Positions 1-8,096 of a stretch of DNA of 45,293 nt are shown in pieces. Numbering within the stretch: the first letter of the stretch is position 1; each line of letters starts with the position of its first letter. The DNA is from a virus (Duplodnaviria > Caudoviricetes). Under the pieces are notes generated by a model. It was not told the DNA's origin and did no database searches. It saw only the letters and a program-made list of their open reading frames with translations. The stretch is from IMG/VR virus record IMGVR_UViG_3300032303_001474, positions 1 through 45,293 of that record. The stretch is one strand, 5' to 3'. The position numbers and the translations under genes are program-made.

Positions 1-123
1 TCAAAACCTTTTGGCCAATATATTGTTTTTGATATTCATTTAGGTCCATTATATTTACCTTGTGTGAGCAACATGATTTGTTTACTAGAAAAAAAAAGAA
101 TTGTCATCATCTGTGAACGCGAA
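1..123. repeat. Terminal direct repeat, copy 1 (circularity overlap)
   Basis: 1-123 is identical to 45171-45293 and includes the integrase 5' end; most likely an assembly overlap of a circular molecule. Confidence 0.95.
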
Positions 124-141
124 ATTACTACCCCTCGGTAA

Positions 142-171
142 CTAGTAACAGGTAGTAAACGTTTTAGTCAA
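142..171 (-). promoter_or_regulatory. Putative integrase promoter
   Basis: Minus strand TTGACT (171-166), 17-18 nt spacer, TTACTA/TACTAG; weak -10 that overlaps the left repeat pair. Confidence 0.35.
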
Positions 172-322
172 GGTCTTTAGTATGATTCTATGAGAAAAGT
201 ACGTTAAGTATCTGAAATGATTGTCATTGAATAACATTGTATTTTAATAAGTTAGGATTAGAAATCACACGTCAGTAATATGTAAACAGCTGATATAGCT
301 ATCAAATTCACAGATGGTTTAT

Positions 323-352
323 TTGCTAGTCACCGCTAGTAACAACTAAACT
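323..352 (+). promoter_or_regulatory. Putative leaderless promoter for NlpC/P60 gene
   Basis: TTGCTA (323-328), 18 nt, TAAACT (347-352), 7 nt, ATG 360; no Shine-Dalgarno before the ATG. Confidence 0.45.
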
Positions 353-359
353 GATAGCT

Positions 360-761
360 ATGGATACTATCGATCTCCTGATTAGCAGTTTACTTGGCGT
401 GCCTTACAAGTGGGGCGGCAACAGCGCACCGGATGGGTATGACTGCTCTGGTCTCGTATGCGAGCTTTTGAAATCACAAGGTTTGCTCGGAAACAAAGAA
501 GACTACTCGGCTGCACAGCTATTCAATCTTTATAAAGACAACCAAACAACCAAGGCTAGGCGAGGAACTCTCTGCTTCTACGGCAAGAACCTATCTACGA
601 TTAGTCATGTTGCCTACTGCATCAACCCCACCCAGATTGTCGAAGCGGGTGGTGGTAACTCTGAGGTGAAAACTCTGGCTGACGCAATCGCAAAACAAGC
701 TTGTGTAAGAATTCGACTCTACAACTATCGAAGCGATCTATTGGCAATGGTCAATCCCTAA
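360..761 (+). CDS. NlpC/P60 (C40) cell-wall peptidase, candidate endolysin
   Basis: LGVPYKWGG, GYDCSGLV catalytic Cys, ISHVA His. Confidence 0.9.
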   Translation: MDTIDLLISSLLGVPYKWGGNSAPDGYDCSGLVCELLKSQGLLGNKEDYSAAQLFNLYKDNQTTKARRGTLCFYGKNLSTISHVAYCINPTQIVEAGGGNSEVKTLADAIAKQACVRIRLYNYRSDLLAMVNP

Positions 762-772
762 AGGGAGGTTCG

Positions 773-1498
773 ATGCTAAGTCTTAGTCAGGTTATTAAGC
801 CACGCACAGACAGGTATTTATTTATCTCGGACCTACAGATACCCTTCCACCACCCCCAGGCCCTCCGTTTCTGCCTCGATATCAAAAATGAATACGCTAT
901 CCCTGACCAGAACATCTACTGTGTTGGAGATGAACTTGACCTGTACTTTGGGGGGTTATGGAAGAAGTCCATAGAAGCTAACCATACTGCTGCCAGTGAG
1001 CTTGCTGCTAGCTTAGATGAACTTAAGCGTTGGTATGAGGTGTTCCCCCGGATGAAGCTTGCCACCAGTAACCACGGTCTACGGTGGTTGCGTAAGGCTG
1101 CTGAAGCTGACATACCAAGCCAGCTAATCATCCCTTACAGGACCATGATCGAGGCTCCAGACTCTTGGAAATGGGCAGACAGCTGGGACATTGACTGTAA
1201 GTACCCTGTCAGAATGATCCACGGTATGGGTTATTCAGGCCAGAACGGGCATCGTAATGCTGTCATTGATCATCGCCGCAACATGATCATAGGTCATATC
1301 CATAGCCATGCAGGCATCAGCTTTGTGGACACGGGTAGTGGTATGCGTTGGGGTATGAATGTCGGATGTCTTATCGACAATGTAAGCGGTAGCTATGCCT
1401 TTCAATATGGAAAGTATCACAGACATAAGCCAGTAATCAGTTGTGGGGTAGTGTTAGATAGCGGCAAGACACCTCTAGTCATTCCGATGGGTGACTAA
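773..1498 (+). CDS. Calcineurin-like metallophosphoesterase
   Basis: SDLQ, VGDELD, SNH, IHG, GHIH motifs; start moved to ATG 773 after AAGGGAGG. Confidence 0.85.
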   Translation: MLSLSQVIKPRTDRYLFISDLQIPFHHPQALRFCLDIKNEYAIPDQNIYCVGDELDLYFGGLWKKSIEANHTAASELAASLDELKRWYEVFPRMKLATSNHGLRWLRKAAEADIPSQLIIPYRTMIEAPDSWKWADSWDIDCKYPVRMIHGMGYSGQNGHRNAVIDHRRNMIIGHIHSHAGISFVDTGSGMRWGMNVGCLIDNVSGSYAFQYGKYHRHKPVISCGVVLDSGKTPLVIPMGD

Positions 1499-1812
1499 TG
1501 CTGCCAAAGACCATAGATGTCAATTCATCAACATATCGCGTCATAATCACTAATCGTATCCCAAGTAAGAAGGGACAAAAATTAGACGGCCTATGTTGCT
1601 CGGCTACCAAAAAGATATGGATAAGGAAGTCACTGTCAGTCGATGAGCTGCTCAGTACGTTTTGGCATGAAGTGTTGCACGCCTTAGACTTTGAGTATGG
1701 TATACCGGCTCTCAATCATGACGCAGTTTATCAACTTGAAAGCCCACTAAGCTGGTTCATTCAAGACAACCCAGGGCTATATAAAATATGGATGATAAAG
1801 AACGAGGGGTAA
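1498..1812 (+). CDS. Small HEXXH zincin-like protein (ImmA/IrrE-like fold)
   Basis: LDGLC..KKIWI..TFWHEVLHAL; 1-nt overlap with upstream stop. Confidence 0.65.
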   Translation: MLPKTIDVNSSTYRVIITNRIPSKKGQKLDGLCCSATKKIWIRKSLSVDELLSTFWHEVLHALDFEYGIPALNHDAVYQLESPLSWFIQDNPGLYKIWMIKNEG

Positions 1813-1876
1813 AGGATTCGAACCTTTGACCGCGGGCTTAGAAAGCCCGTGCTCTATCCAACTGAGCTAACCCCCC
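1803..1876 (-). tRNA. tRNA-Arg (anticodon UCU)
   Basis: Cloverleaf: acceptor GGGGGGT/ACCCCTC, D arm GCTC-AGTTGGATA-GAGC with the Arg determinant A20, anticodon arm CGGGC-TTTCTAA-GCCCG, T arm AAAGG-TTCGAAT-CCTTT; no encoded CCA. Confidence 0.95.
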
Positions 1877-1897
1877 GTAGCGGTTAGGATATTTAGC

Positions 1898-1929
1898 AAA
1901 AAAATAAACCCGACGCAAGCCAGGTTTAT
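1898..1929 (-). terminator. Intrinsic terminator of the leftward operon
   Basis: Minus strand ATAAACCTGGC-TTGC-GTCGGGTTTAT followed by a T run. Confidence 0.65.
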
Positions 1930-1952
1930 AAGTTTATAAGTGTCAGATATTG

Positions 1953-2234
1953 TTAGGCTGCTGGTTTCTTTAGTGCTGCCACAACATTAGTCACAATGCG
2001 TTGAACGTCTTTAGCAAGTTGAATGCCTTCAATAAAGCCAATGTCAGAACCCTCTTCAGGTAGCTTATCAAGCCCGTCAATTGCAGCTTGAAGCTTGTCA
2101 TTAAAGTCTGGAGCTTGCAGGAAAGCAACTAAGTCGGCTACCTGAAACCCTTCTTTAACAGCGGCTCTACATACTTCAACAGCAATCAGCTCAACCAATG
2201 CTGCAACCTCTTCGATGTTTTTGATCCCTGCCAT
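1953..2234 (-). CDS. Hypothetical amphipathic helical protein
   Basis: 93 aa ORF, GGAG upstream, tightly coupled to neighbour. Confidence 0.7.
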   Translation of the reverse strand: MAGIKNIEEVAALVELIAVEVCRAAVKEGFQVADLVAFLQAPDFNDKLQAAIDGLDKLPEEGSDIGFIEGIQLAKDVQRIVTNVVAALKKPAA

Positions 2235-2236
2235 GT

Positions 2237-2503
2237 CTATTCTCCCGCATGTTTTGAAAGTTTTAATTTAAGAGCTGAAATCTCAGCCTTAAGTTCTTCG
2301 ATAAGTTCTTTGTGATGAGCGAGCTTTAGATCAGTGCCTTGACTGGCCACCTGTAGTTTTAGCGAAGAAACATCGGCAGTCAGCTGTGCAATCTTATCCG
2401 TAACCTCATGCCTCATCTCCCTCAAATAAAACCAAAGAAAAGCTATGATTGGTGCTGACCTACCCAGCTCGCCCGCAGCGATTTGGATAAGGTCATTATC
2501 CAT
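2237..2503 (-). CDS. Single-TM plus coiled-coil protein, possible holin
   Basis: Hydrophobic APIIAFLWFYL then heptad-rich tail; GGAGG RBS. Confidence 0.5.
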   Translation of the reverse strand: MDNDLIQIAAGELGRSAPIIAFLWFYLREMRHEVTDKIAQLTADVSSLKLQVASQGTDLKLAHHKELIEELKAEISALKLKLSKHAGE

Positions 2504-2505
2504 TG

Positions 2506-2817
2506 CTATCCTCCGATGAGGGGCTCGATGGCGATGGTTTCTTTTGGGGAAAGGCTAGCTTGAGAAGATACTCCAGCACAAAAAGTGCAGTCTTCAATAG
2601 TAGTATTTTCAATAAGCCAGCTAGGTAGTTTGTCACCGTGATCCTTTGTTTTTAAAGAGTTCAACTCATCTAGTTTTTGCTTGATGACTTTGATCAAATT
2701 AACCGCAGCTTTGTGATTGGCTGGACTTAGCTTTCTAGCATCGGCCAAGACTTGGACCGCTTGCACAAACCATTGATTGATTAAAGTCTGGTTGCTTAAT
2801 TTTACCGCGACACTCAT
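2506..2817 (-). CDS. Hypothetical protein
   Basis: 103 aa, ATGA overlap with helicase stop. Confidence 0.65.
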   Translation of the reverse strand: MSVAVKLSNQTLINQWFVQAVQVLADARKLSPANHKAAVNLIKVIKQKLDELNSLKTKDHGDKLPSWLIENTTIEDCTFCAGVSSQASLSPKETIAIEPLIGG

Positions 2818-4385
2818 GCTCGTAGCTCCTTTTTAAACTCTGTCCATTTGTGAAATAACGCACTGATTTGCCCGCGAGGACTCTTGCTCAAACAAAAACA
2901 AACATAATTCCAAGGCAAGTCTTTGACATGTTTACCCTTGTGAATACCTGACGGGACATTCCATTGTTCACCATAAATTGGATGGCTTGGTGCTTTCATT
3001 TGCCCGACGATACTTATTAAAGAGTCAGCTTCGCCAAGGGTAATGTTATTAACCTTTGTCCCTAAGATCCGTTCAAGATAATCAACCTGTCTCTCAGTTG
3101 CTTCGGTCTCTGTCTTTCTTGCTCTGACTCCAGAAAGCTTATCGTGCAATAAATCAATACGACCCATGAGGTCACCAGGCAAAGCGTCTTGTCTGATCAA
3201 GTCTGCAAAAAAATCATGACCCATCGACTTAATGTCTTTGTGAATCTTTGCCATCTTCACGCAGTAGTTCATTGTCTCTTCATCGTCTTCATACTTTGCC
3301 CACTCTAAAGCCTCGAAGATGTCCATCTTGTCTGGCTTTTTTTCCATCGCAAACTTTGCTATCTCTTCATAGAATTTCTTTTCTATCTTGGGGACTCTTC
3401 CAAAGAAGTAAACTCTACAGTCTTTCTTGTCTTTGTAGGGTCTAAGACCTCTACCGACTCGCTGCATAAATACCGTCGGGCTGCCACATCTCGATGGCAT
3501 GAGGATGACTTCCGTACATGGAGCATCGAAGCCTGCTGTGAGAACGTCGACCGTACAGAGTACCTTGACGTTCCCAGCTTGGAACTCATCGATAGCACGT
3601 CTTCTGGTAGCTTCAGGTGTGTCTCCCACAATAGTAGCTGCATTGATACCTTCCATTTTAAAAACACTACTCATCAGCTCTGCCTCTTCTACCGTAGGCA
3701 TAAAGCAGATGGCACTCTTGCCAAGCTCACGTTCTCGGTACAAAGCACACACATCAATGGAAACATCGTCATTCATCTGCTGAACGCCAATCATGACGGG
3801 AGGTAGCAAGTAGCCTTGTGTGATCATTTCGTTTAAGCTTGCGCAATAACTTACCTTCTCAAACTGGTTAGTCATAAGACGCTTCGATTTGTACGGAGTA
3901 GCTGTAAGACCAAGCACAAAGGCGTTTGGATACCGAGAGAGTATCGCTTTATAGCTATCAGCTGTGATGAAGTGAGCTTCGTCCACAATGATTAGGTTGA
4001 TATTATTTATGTGGTTTATTTTGTGTTCGATACGTGCGGACTGCATCGTGCCGACAATGATGTCGTCAGTTTGTCGTGGAGTATAACCTGCCTTAAGCCA
4101 TCCGATGTGACGGTTGGGTATGCGCAAGCTTGCTCTGTCAGAAGTTTGACCAACAAGTAAACCCATGTGAGACAAGATTAAAGCCTTACCACCACGCTGC
4201 TCAATCATCTTATCAGCCGTCGCAAGCATGATCTCTGTCTTGCCTGCACCTGTTGGTAGGATGACAGCTACCTTCCTGTGCCCGCTATTAAAGTCTCGAA
4301 TCACAGAGTCAACGCTGTCTTTTTGATACTGCCTGAGACTAAATCCCGCCGACTCGGAAACAATCGACTTCGGGTGCAAGTTCAT
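2814..4385 (-). CDS. SF2 DExH-box helicase
   Basis: LRQYQ, PTGAGKT, DEAH, TAT, GFDAP, QRVGRGLR; start uncertain, ATG 4385 chosen. Confidence 0.92.
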   Translation of the reverse strand: MNLHPKSIVSESAGFSLRQYQKDSVDSVIRDFNSGHRKVAVILPTGAGKTEIMLATADKMIEQRGGKALILSHMGLLVGQTSDRASLRIPNRHIGWLKAGYTPRQTDDIIVGTMQSARIEHKINHINNINLIIVDEAHFITADSYKAILSRYPNAFVLGLTATPYKSKRLMTNQFEKVSYCASLNEMITQGYLLPPVMIGVQQMNDDVSIDVCALYRERELGKSAICFMPTVEEAELMSSVFKMEGINAATIVGDTPEATRRRAIDEFQAGNVKVLCTVDVLTAGFDAPCTEVILMPSRCGSPTVFMQRVGRGLRPYKDKKDCRVYFFGRVPKIEKKFYEEIAKFAMEKKPDKMDIFEALEWAKYEDDEETMNYCVKMAKIHKDIKSMGHDFFADLIRQDALPGDLMGRIDLLHDKLSGVRARKTETEATERQVDYLERILGTKVNNITLGEADSLISIVGQMKAPSHPIYGEQWNVPSGIHKGKHVKDLPWNYVCFCLSKSPRGQISALFHKWTEFKKELRA

Positions 4386-4767
4386 AGATAAAGATCCATG
4401 CATAATCTTCTCCTGCAAATATTTTTGTGGTCTCTCCACCGACGATAAACCTGTCATCGTGAATTACTCCTGATTTTACGAGTGAATCGTTTATTGATTT
4501 AGCCATGTTGTCCGTGTCACCAATGGTTTGGGATATTGGCCACACGTCTTTTCCAGACCCTTCAAAGTGAATATGACTATCAACTATTATTGGTCGATCA
4601 ATTGGAGCTTGATTGACCTCACTAGCAAGAAGCTTTGTTAGCTCTGGACAATTATCTGGCTGATAGATTTTTCTACCCGCAAGTCGTGGTCTGGCCATTG
4701 GCCTTATGCGAGTCTTTACACAAAATGCTCTGATCAACTCTCCGCGAATAGGTCTATAAATATTCAT
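4339..4767 (-). CDS. rusA: RusA-like Holliday junction resolvase
   Basis: PMARPR, GDTDNMAKSINDSL, IHDDRFIV; ATG 4767 overlaps primase stop. Confidence 0.85.
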   Translation of the reverse strand: MNIYRPIRGELIRAFCVKTRIRPMARPRLAGRKIYQPDNCPELTKLLASEVNQAPIDRPIIVDSHIHFEGSGKDVWPISQTIGDTDNMAKSINDSLVKSGVIHDDRFIVGGETTKIFAGEDYAWIFIYELAPEVDCFRVGGI

Positions 4768-5768
4768 GCAAATAGACTCCACTCATCGTTGAACTGGCAA
4801 AGCACATCGCAATGTCTTTTCATGATGTCTCGGTCTGGACCTGGGTACTTACATCCCAGCGTGGGGATACGACCTTGCTTATAAAGGGAACGAAGCATCT
4901 TGCTGACACCTCTTTCCTCGGCCTCGAATTCTTTCCAGTGAGTATGATTCATAAACTCACGCATGGCCTGTTCCTCATCGATTCCAGCCTGCATGTACCA
5001 CCTTCCAAGAATGAAAGCCGTAGCTGCTCTCTCGCCTTGCCCGGCAGGGTTTGTCATCATGCCAGTCAAGCATCCAGTCCAAGGTCTTGCCTGTTTGTCT
5101 GATGGAATGGTTGCGCTATATTCAGCCGTTCTCTTTTCAAACTGAGCAATAGCATTAGCTAGATCTTCATCCCACCGCGCAAGGTTAAGCTTGAATGGAT
5201 CAAAACTGCTTTTAGCTTCAGTCGTATTTACTTGTGCAAATTGTTTGTGGTCGTCTATCGAGAAATCAAATAGCTCTGATCTTGTAAGCCTAATTTTGTA
5301 GTAGCCTGGTTTACTTGCGGGAGATTTATTAACCCTCCACATGCGTCTGCCAGAATAAACACGCCGGTCGATATTATCGTAGCCAGCACACCCTAAGCCT
5401 TGCACCATAGTTAAAGCCACGTAATGGCATAGTGGATGCTCAATATCTACCGGCAGAACTATATGGTAGCCTTTGTTTCCGCTAAAAAAGATATCAGGTG
5501 TAGTGCCGTACCTGTCTTCAAGTTCCGACACTACAGCCTGAGCCATTTTAAGTGCGGTTACTCCGTCCGTGGATTCACCGTCGATGTCAAGATAAAGGGG
5601 GCATGATATGACTCTGCCATCTTTATCGTACTTTTGAATGGACGCAAAAGCTTGATGTCGCCACTTAAAACTATGGAGTAAATTACCTATTTGTTGGGTA
5701 GACAATAGGCAATTCCCTTGCCACCGGCCATCCTCAATCCATGAGAAGTATCTATGCGTCACTGGCAT
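4764..5768 (-). CDS. Archaeo-eukaryotic primase (AEP) with C-terminal PriL-like Cys domain
   Basis: YLDID, FSGNKGYH, IDRRVY..RRMWR; four Cys in the C-terminal domain. Confidence 0.8.
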   Translation of the reverse strand: MPVTHRYFSWIEDGRWQGNCLLSTQQIGNLLHSFKWRHQAFASIQKYDKDGRVISCPLYLDIDGESTDGVTALKMAQAVVSELEDRYGTTPDIFFSGNKGYHIVLPVDIEHPLCHYVALTMVQGLGCAGYDNIDRRVYSGRRMWRVNKSPASKPGYYKIRLTRSELFDFSIDDHKQFAQVNTTEAKSSFDPFKLNLARWDEDLANAIAQFEKRTAEYSATIPSDKQARPWTGCLTGMMTNPAGQGERAATAFILGRWYMQAGIDEEQAMREFMNHTHWKEFEAEERGVSKMLRSLYKQGRIPTLGCKYPGPDRDIMKRHCDVLCQFNDEWSLFA

Positions 5769-5775
5769 CTCCCAT

Positions 5776-6180
5776 TCAGCCTGCGAACTCTTCTGCGCTA
5801 GCAATTGCTTCTAGTTTTCTAAAGTTTGAAGACCAGCGTTGATATTTTTTACCTTCGTAATCAAGCTGACCATCAGACTTAACTTCAAAGCGTTGACCTA
5901 CAAGCTCGACAGGGTTTGCTGTCTTTGCTTTAAGTTCTTCTCTGGTGAAAAATGCACAAAGAAAACTGATCGTTGTTCGTTGTTTGCTTGGGCTCGGTTT
6001 GTCACCTCCAAGTTTAAAAGTGTAACTATCTCCCTCAGCGTCTTCACACATTACGTTGATAGTCTTGTAATCTTTATTAGTCTTGACTTCCTTGATTGTG
6101 AAAGTAACGACTTGGTTTTTTTCGTATTGCTTGCCGTCAAGTGTCTTAAGCAAAACGTCTACGTCTAAAAAATCAAACAT
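5776..6180 (-). CDS. Probable ssDNA-binding (OB-fold) protein
   Basis: Follows Sak4-like gene; beta-rich with acidic-aromatic tail AEEFAG. Confidence 0.5.
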   Translation of the reverse strand: MFDFLDVDVLLKTLDGKQYEKNQVVTFTIKEVKTNKDYKTINVMCEDAEGDSYTFKLGGDKPSPSKQRTTISFLCAFFTREELKAKTANPVELVGQRFEVKSDGQLDYEGKKYQRWSSNFRKLEAIASAEEFAG

Positions 6181-6910
6181 GTTTTGTCTCCTTTTTTTGT
6201 TCCTGGTTGAATAGTGTCTCTAGTTTTTTAAAAACTTGGTCAGCGTCTTTGCCAGAGTAAGTATGCTCGCCGATCAATTGTGGGTAGCGGCTGCCAGTCA
6301 TAGCTAGGGTGCTAGGCTGGATAACCAAGGCACCAGCACGTTCGCCACTTGCAGGCTTAATAAACATGATGGTGTCCACCTTGCCATTGATAAACTCTAG
6401 CGCCCGACCTGATAAAGTAGGGGCTTGTACCTTTACAGGCGTGCCTTGAATGTTGACTTCTTTTTCTGATGTGTGAGCAATGAAGAGGCAAGGTAGCAGT
6501 CCCATGAGTCGGGTGATTTGCTTGCGGAATTCTTCTTTGTGTAGGGCAAAGCCTTTACCAAAAGAGAGGTCGCTGATGTGAGTGACATCGTTAGTTTTAG
6601 CAACCCACTCCGCTGCCCAAACGTCGAGGTCACTAACCAAGTCCACCACAAGGCAACAGTATTGCTCTTTGACTTCTTTAGCTTTGCTTTCGAGTAGATC
6701 AATGAGCTTGCAGAGTCCAGTCCAGTCCTTAATGCGAGCTTTCGAGATTTCATGAATACCCTCACCGTCTTCAGTCATAATGAACAAGGGTTCTTTACCC
6801 TCGAAGTTTATTTTGCTACCAAACTGAGTCTTACCTGACTTTGGAAAGCCGTAGAGCAGACTGTTGGTCTGACTAAATGATTTCTTTTTAGAGGTCTTAG
6901 GAAACAGCAT
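6173..6910 (-). CDS. Sak4-like P-loop ATPase (AAA_24)
   Basis: LLYGFPKSGKT, TEDG, LVVD, FGKGF, FIAH; AAGGAG before ATG 6910. Confidence 0.85.
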   Translation of the reverse strand: MLFPKTSKKKSFSQTNSLLYGFPKSGKTQFGSKINFEGKEPLFIMTEDGEGIHEISKARIKDWTGLCKLIDLLESKAKEVKEQYCCLVVDLVSDLDVWAAEWVAKTNDVTHISDLSFGKGFALHKEEFRKQITRLMGLLPCLFIAHTSEKEVNIQGTPVKVQAPTLSGRALEFINGKVDTIMFIKPASGERAGALVIQPSTLAMTGSRYPQLIGEHTYSGKDADQVFKKLETLFNQEQKKETKHV

Positions 6911-7103
6911 TGGTACTCCTTTCAAGCAAAAAGCGAGTGACGACAGACTCTCTCCAACGAATCATCTTGCGACTGAAGCGTTCGGGCTGCGGCAAAACAC
7001 CCTTTTTTGTAAGTCTCGCAATGGTTTGAGGCGAGCAATCCAGCAGTCTGGCTAGGTCTTCGCTATTCAAATAGACTTCTTTTGTTGGTGGTTGTGTTTT
7101 CAA
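6897..7103 (-). CDS. AlpA/excisionase-type HTH protein
   Basis: YLNSEDLARLLDCSPQTIARLTKKGVLPQP..IRWRESVV. Confidence 0.8.
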   Translation of the reverse strand: MKTQPPTKEVYLNSEDLARLLDCSPQTIARLTKKGVLPQPERFSRKMIRWRESVVTRFLLERSTNAVS

Positions 7104-7834
7104 AATGGTAGCTCCTGAGAAAGAAGGTTATCGGACGATTCCACCTCGGAACTATCCATGGATTTAGTTGGTTCGAATTGCTTCATGTAACGTTCAAGAA
7201 ACTCGTGAGTAATCATCACGTCCTGCGCACAGTAATTTACAAGGTCATCCCATTTGCTTTCATCGAAAACTGTGGCGTCATACATTTGCTGTGCATTGCT
7301 TCCGTGACTTGTTTTGCCTTTGATACCCAGCATGTAGGCATAGTCGCCAAGGCTTCCGCGGATTGACTGGCTTGAGTACCCGAAACACTCGTCTATATCT
7401 CTTGGTTCATTCGTTGGTCGGAGGCAGTCGGGAACGCCCAGGTTGTGAGCCAGATATCGTCCTACTAAAAATGGTTGGTCAAATGTCTTGCTGTTTTTCC
7501 CAATTAAACTGACTCGTGAATACCTGCGCTCAAGAGCTGATAGGTAATCACCAAAGTCCGACAAAATTTTCTTTTCGTCATTGCCGTAGAATTTGTGCAT
7601 CCCATCGGTGTCCATTGCACAGATGGTCGTGACCAATGCAGTCCATGGATAAAGACCAGACTTGTCTCTCAGCTCCAGCCTTTTTTCTTCGGCATGAGCT
7701 TTGATCTTTTCTTCATCTTTCCATCGAGCCGGAGTTTTGATTCTTTTTTTTGCCCAATATTCATCGGCTGCTGAACTTGCGGCTGTCTCAATATCGTACA
7801 CAATACGACAAGAATGACGGTAAGCGATTGCCAT
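7100..7834 (-). CDS. DnaQ/PolB-type 3'-5' exonuclease
   Basis: ExoI YDIET, ExoII NSKTFDQPFL, ExoIII YCAQDV. Confidence 0.85.
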   Translation of the reverse strand: MAIAYRHSCRIVYDIETAASSAADEYWAKKRIKTPARWKDEEKIKAHAEEKRLELRDKSGLYPWTALVTTICAMDTDGMHKFYGNDEKKILSDFGDYLSALERRYSRVSLIGKNSKTFDQPFLVGRYLAHNLGVPDCLRPTNEPRDIDECFGYSSQSIRGSLGDYAYMLGIKGKTSHGSNAQQMYDATVFDESKWDDLVNYCAQDVMITHEFLERYMKQFEPTKSMDSSEVESSDNLLSQELPF

Positions 7835-7869
7835 AGATGACCTCTTAAGTGATTGAAGTGTTATAGACG

Positions 7870-7898
7870 ACTATCCAAAAAAAGCAGTGGCGAGTCAA
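7870..7898 (-). promoter_or_regulatory. Putative sigma70 promoter of the replication operon
   Basis: TTGACT-17-GATAGT, spacer contains a T7 run. Confidence 0.5.
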
Positions 7899-8096
7899 CG
7901 GAAATATTCACAAAAGAGCAACAATAACAGTGCTTTACAATGGCAAGCAATAGCTATCAATTACATACAATAAATCCGATAAGCCGTACTGAGCGCGGGA
8001 AAGTGTTTACTAACCGAAAAAAAATAAATCAAATCGAAAAATAAAAGAGCCGAAATTCTGTATAGAAAATCGGCAATGTTGATGATTTATTAGGCG

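Larger units (their letters stand above)
124..359. mobile_element. Candidate attP region
   Basis: AT-rich non-coding DNA upstream of the integrase; two pairs of 10-bp-spaced direct repeats (CTAGTAAC 142, GTAGTAAA 152; CTAGTCAC 326, CTAGTAAC 336) flank IHF-like motifs (205-217, 283-295). Confidence 0.6.

Noticed and set aside
89-97. Phase-variable A9 tract upstream of int
   Set aside because: Short homopolymers are common in this AT-rich non-coding DNA; no evidence without reads
1-123. Biological terminal repeat or attL/attR
   Set aside because: It cuts through the integrase 5' end and is exact, which fits an assembler overlap of a circle better
129-137. TACCCCTCG matching the phage tRNA 3' end as an att core
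   Set aside because: Only 9 bp, with no T-arm sequence beside it; compatible with chance
226-256. dif/XerCD site
   Set aside because: Only about half of the XerD arm matches on either strand, and the phage has its own integrase
1803-1876. Amber suppressor tRNA or recoded genome
   Set aside because: CTA is off-centre in the 7-nt loop so the anticodon is TCT; genes are intact in the standard code and several end in TAG
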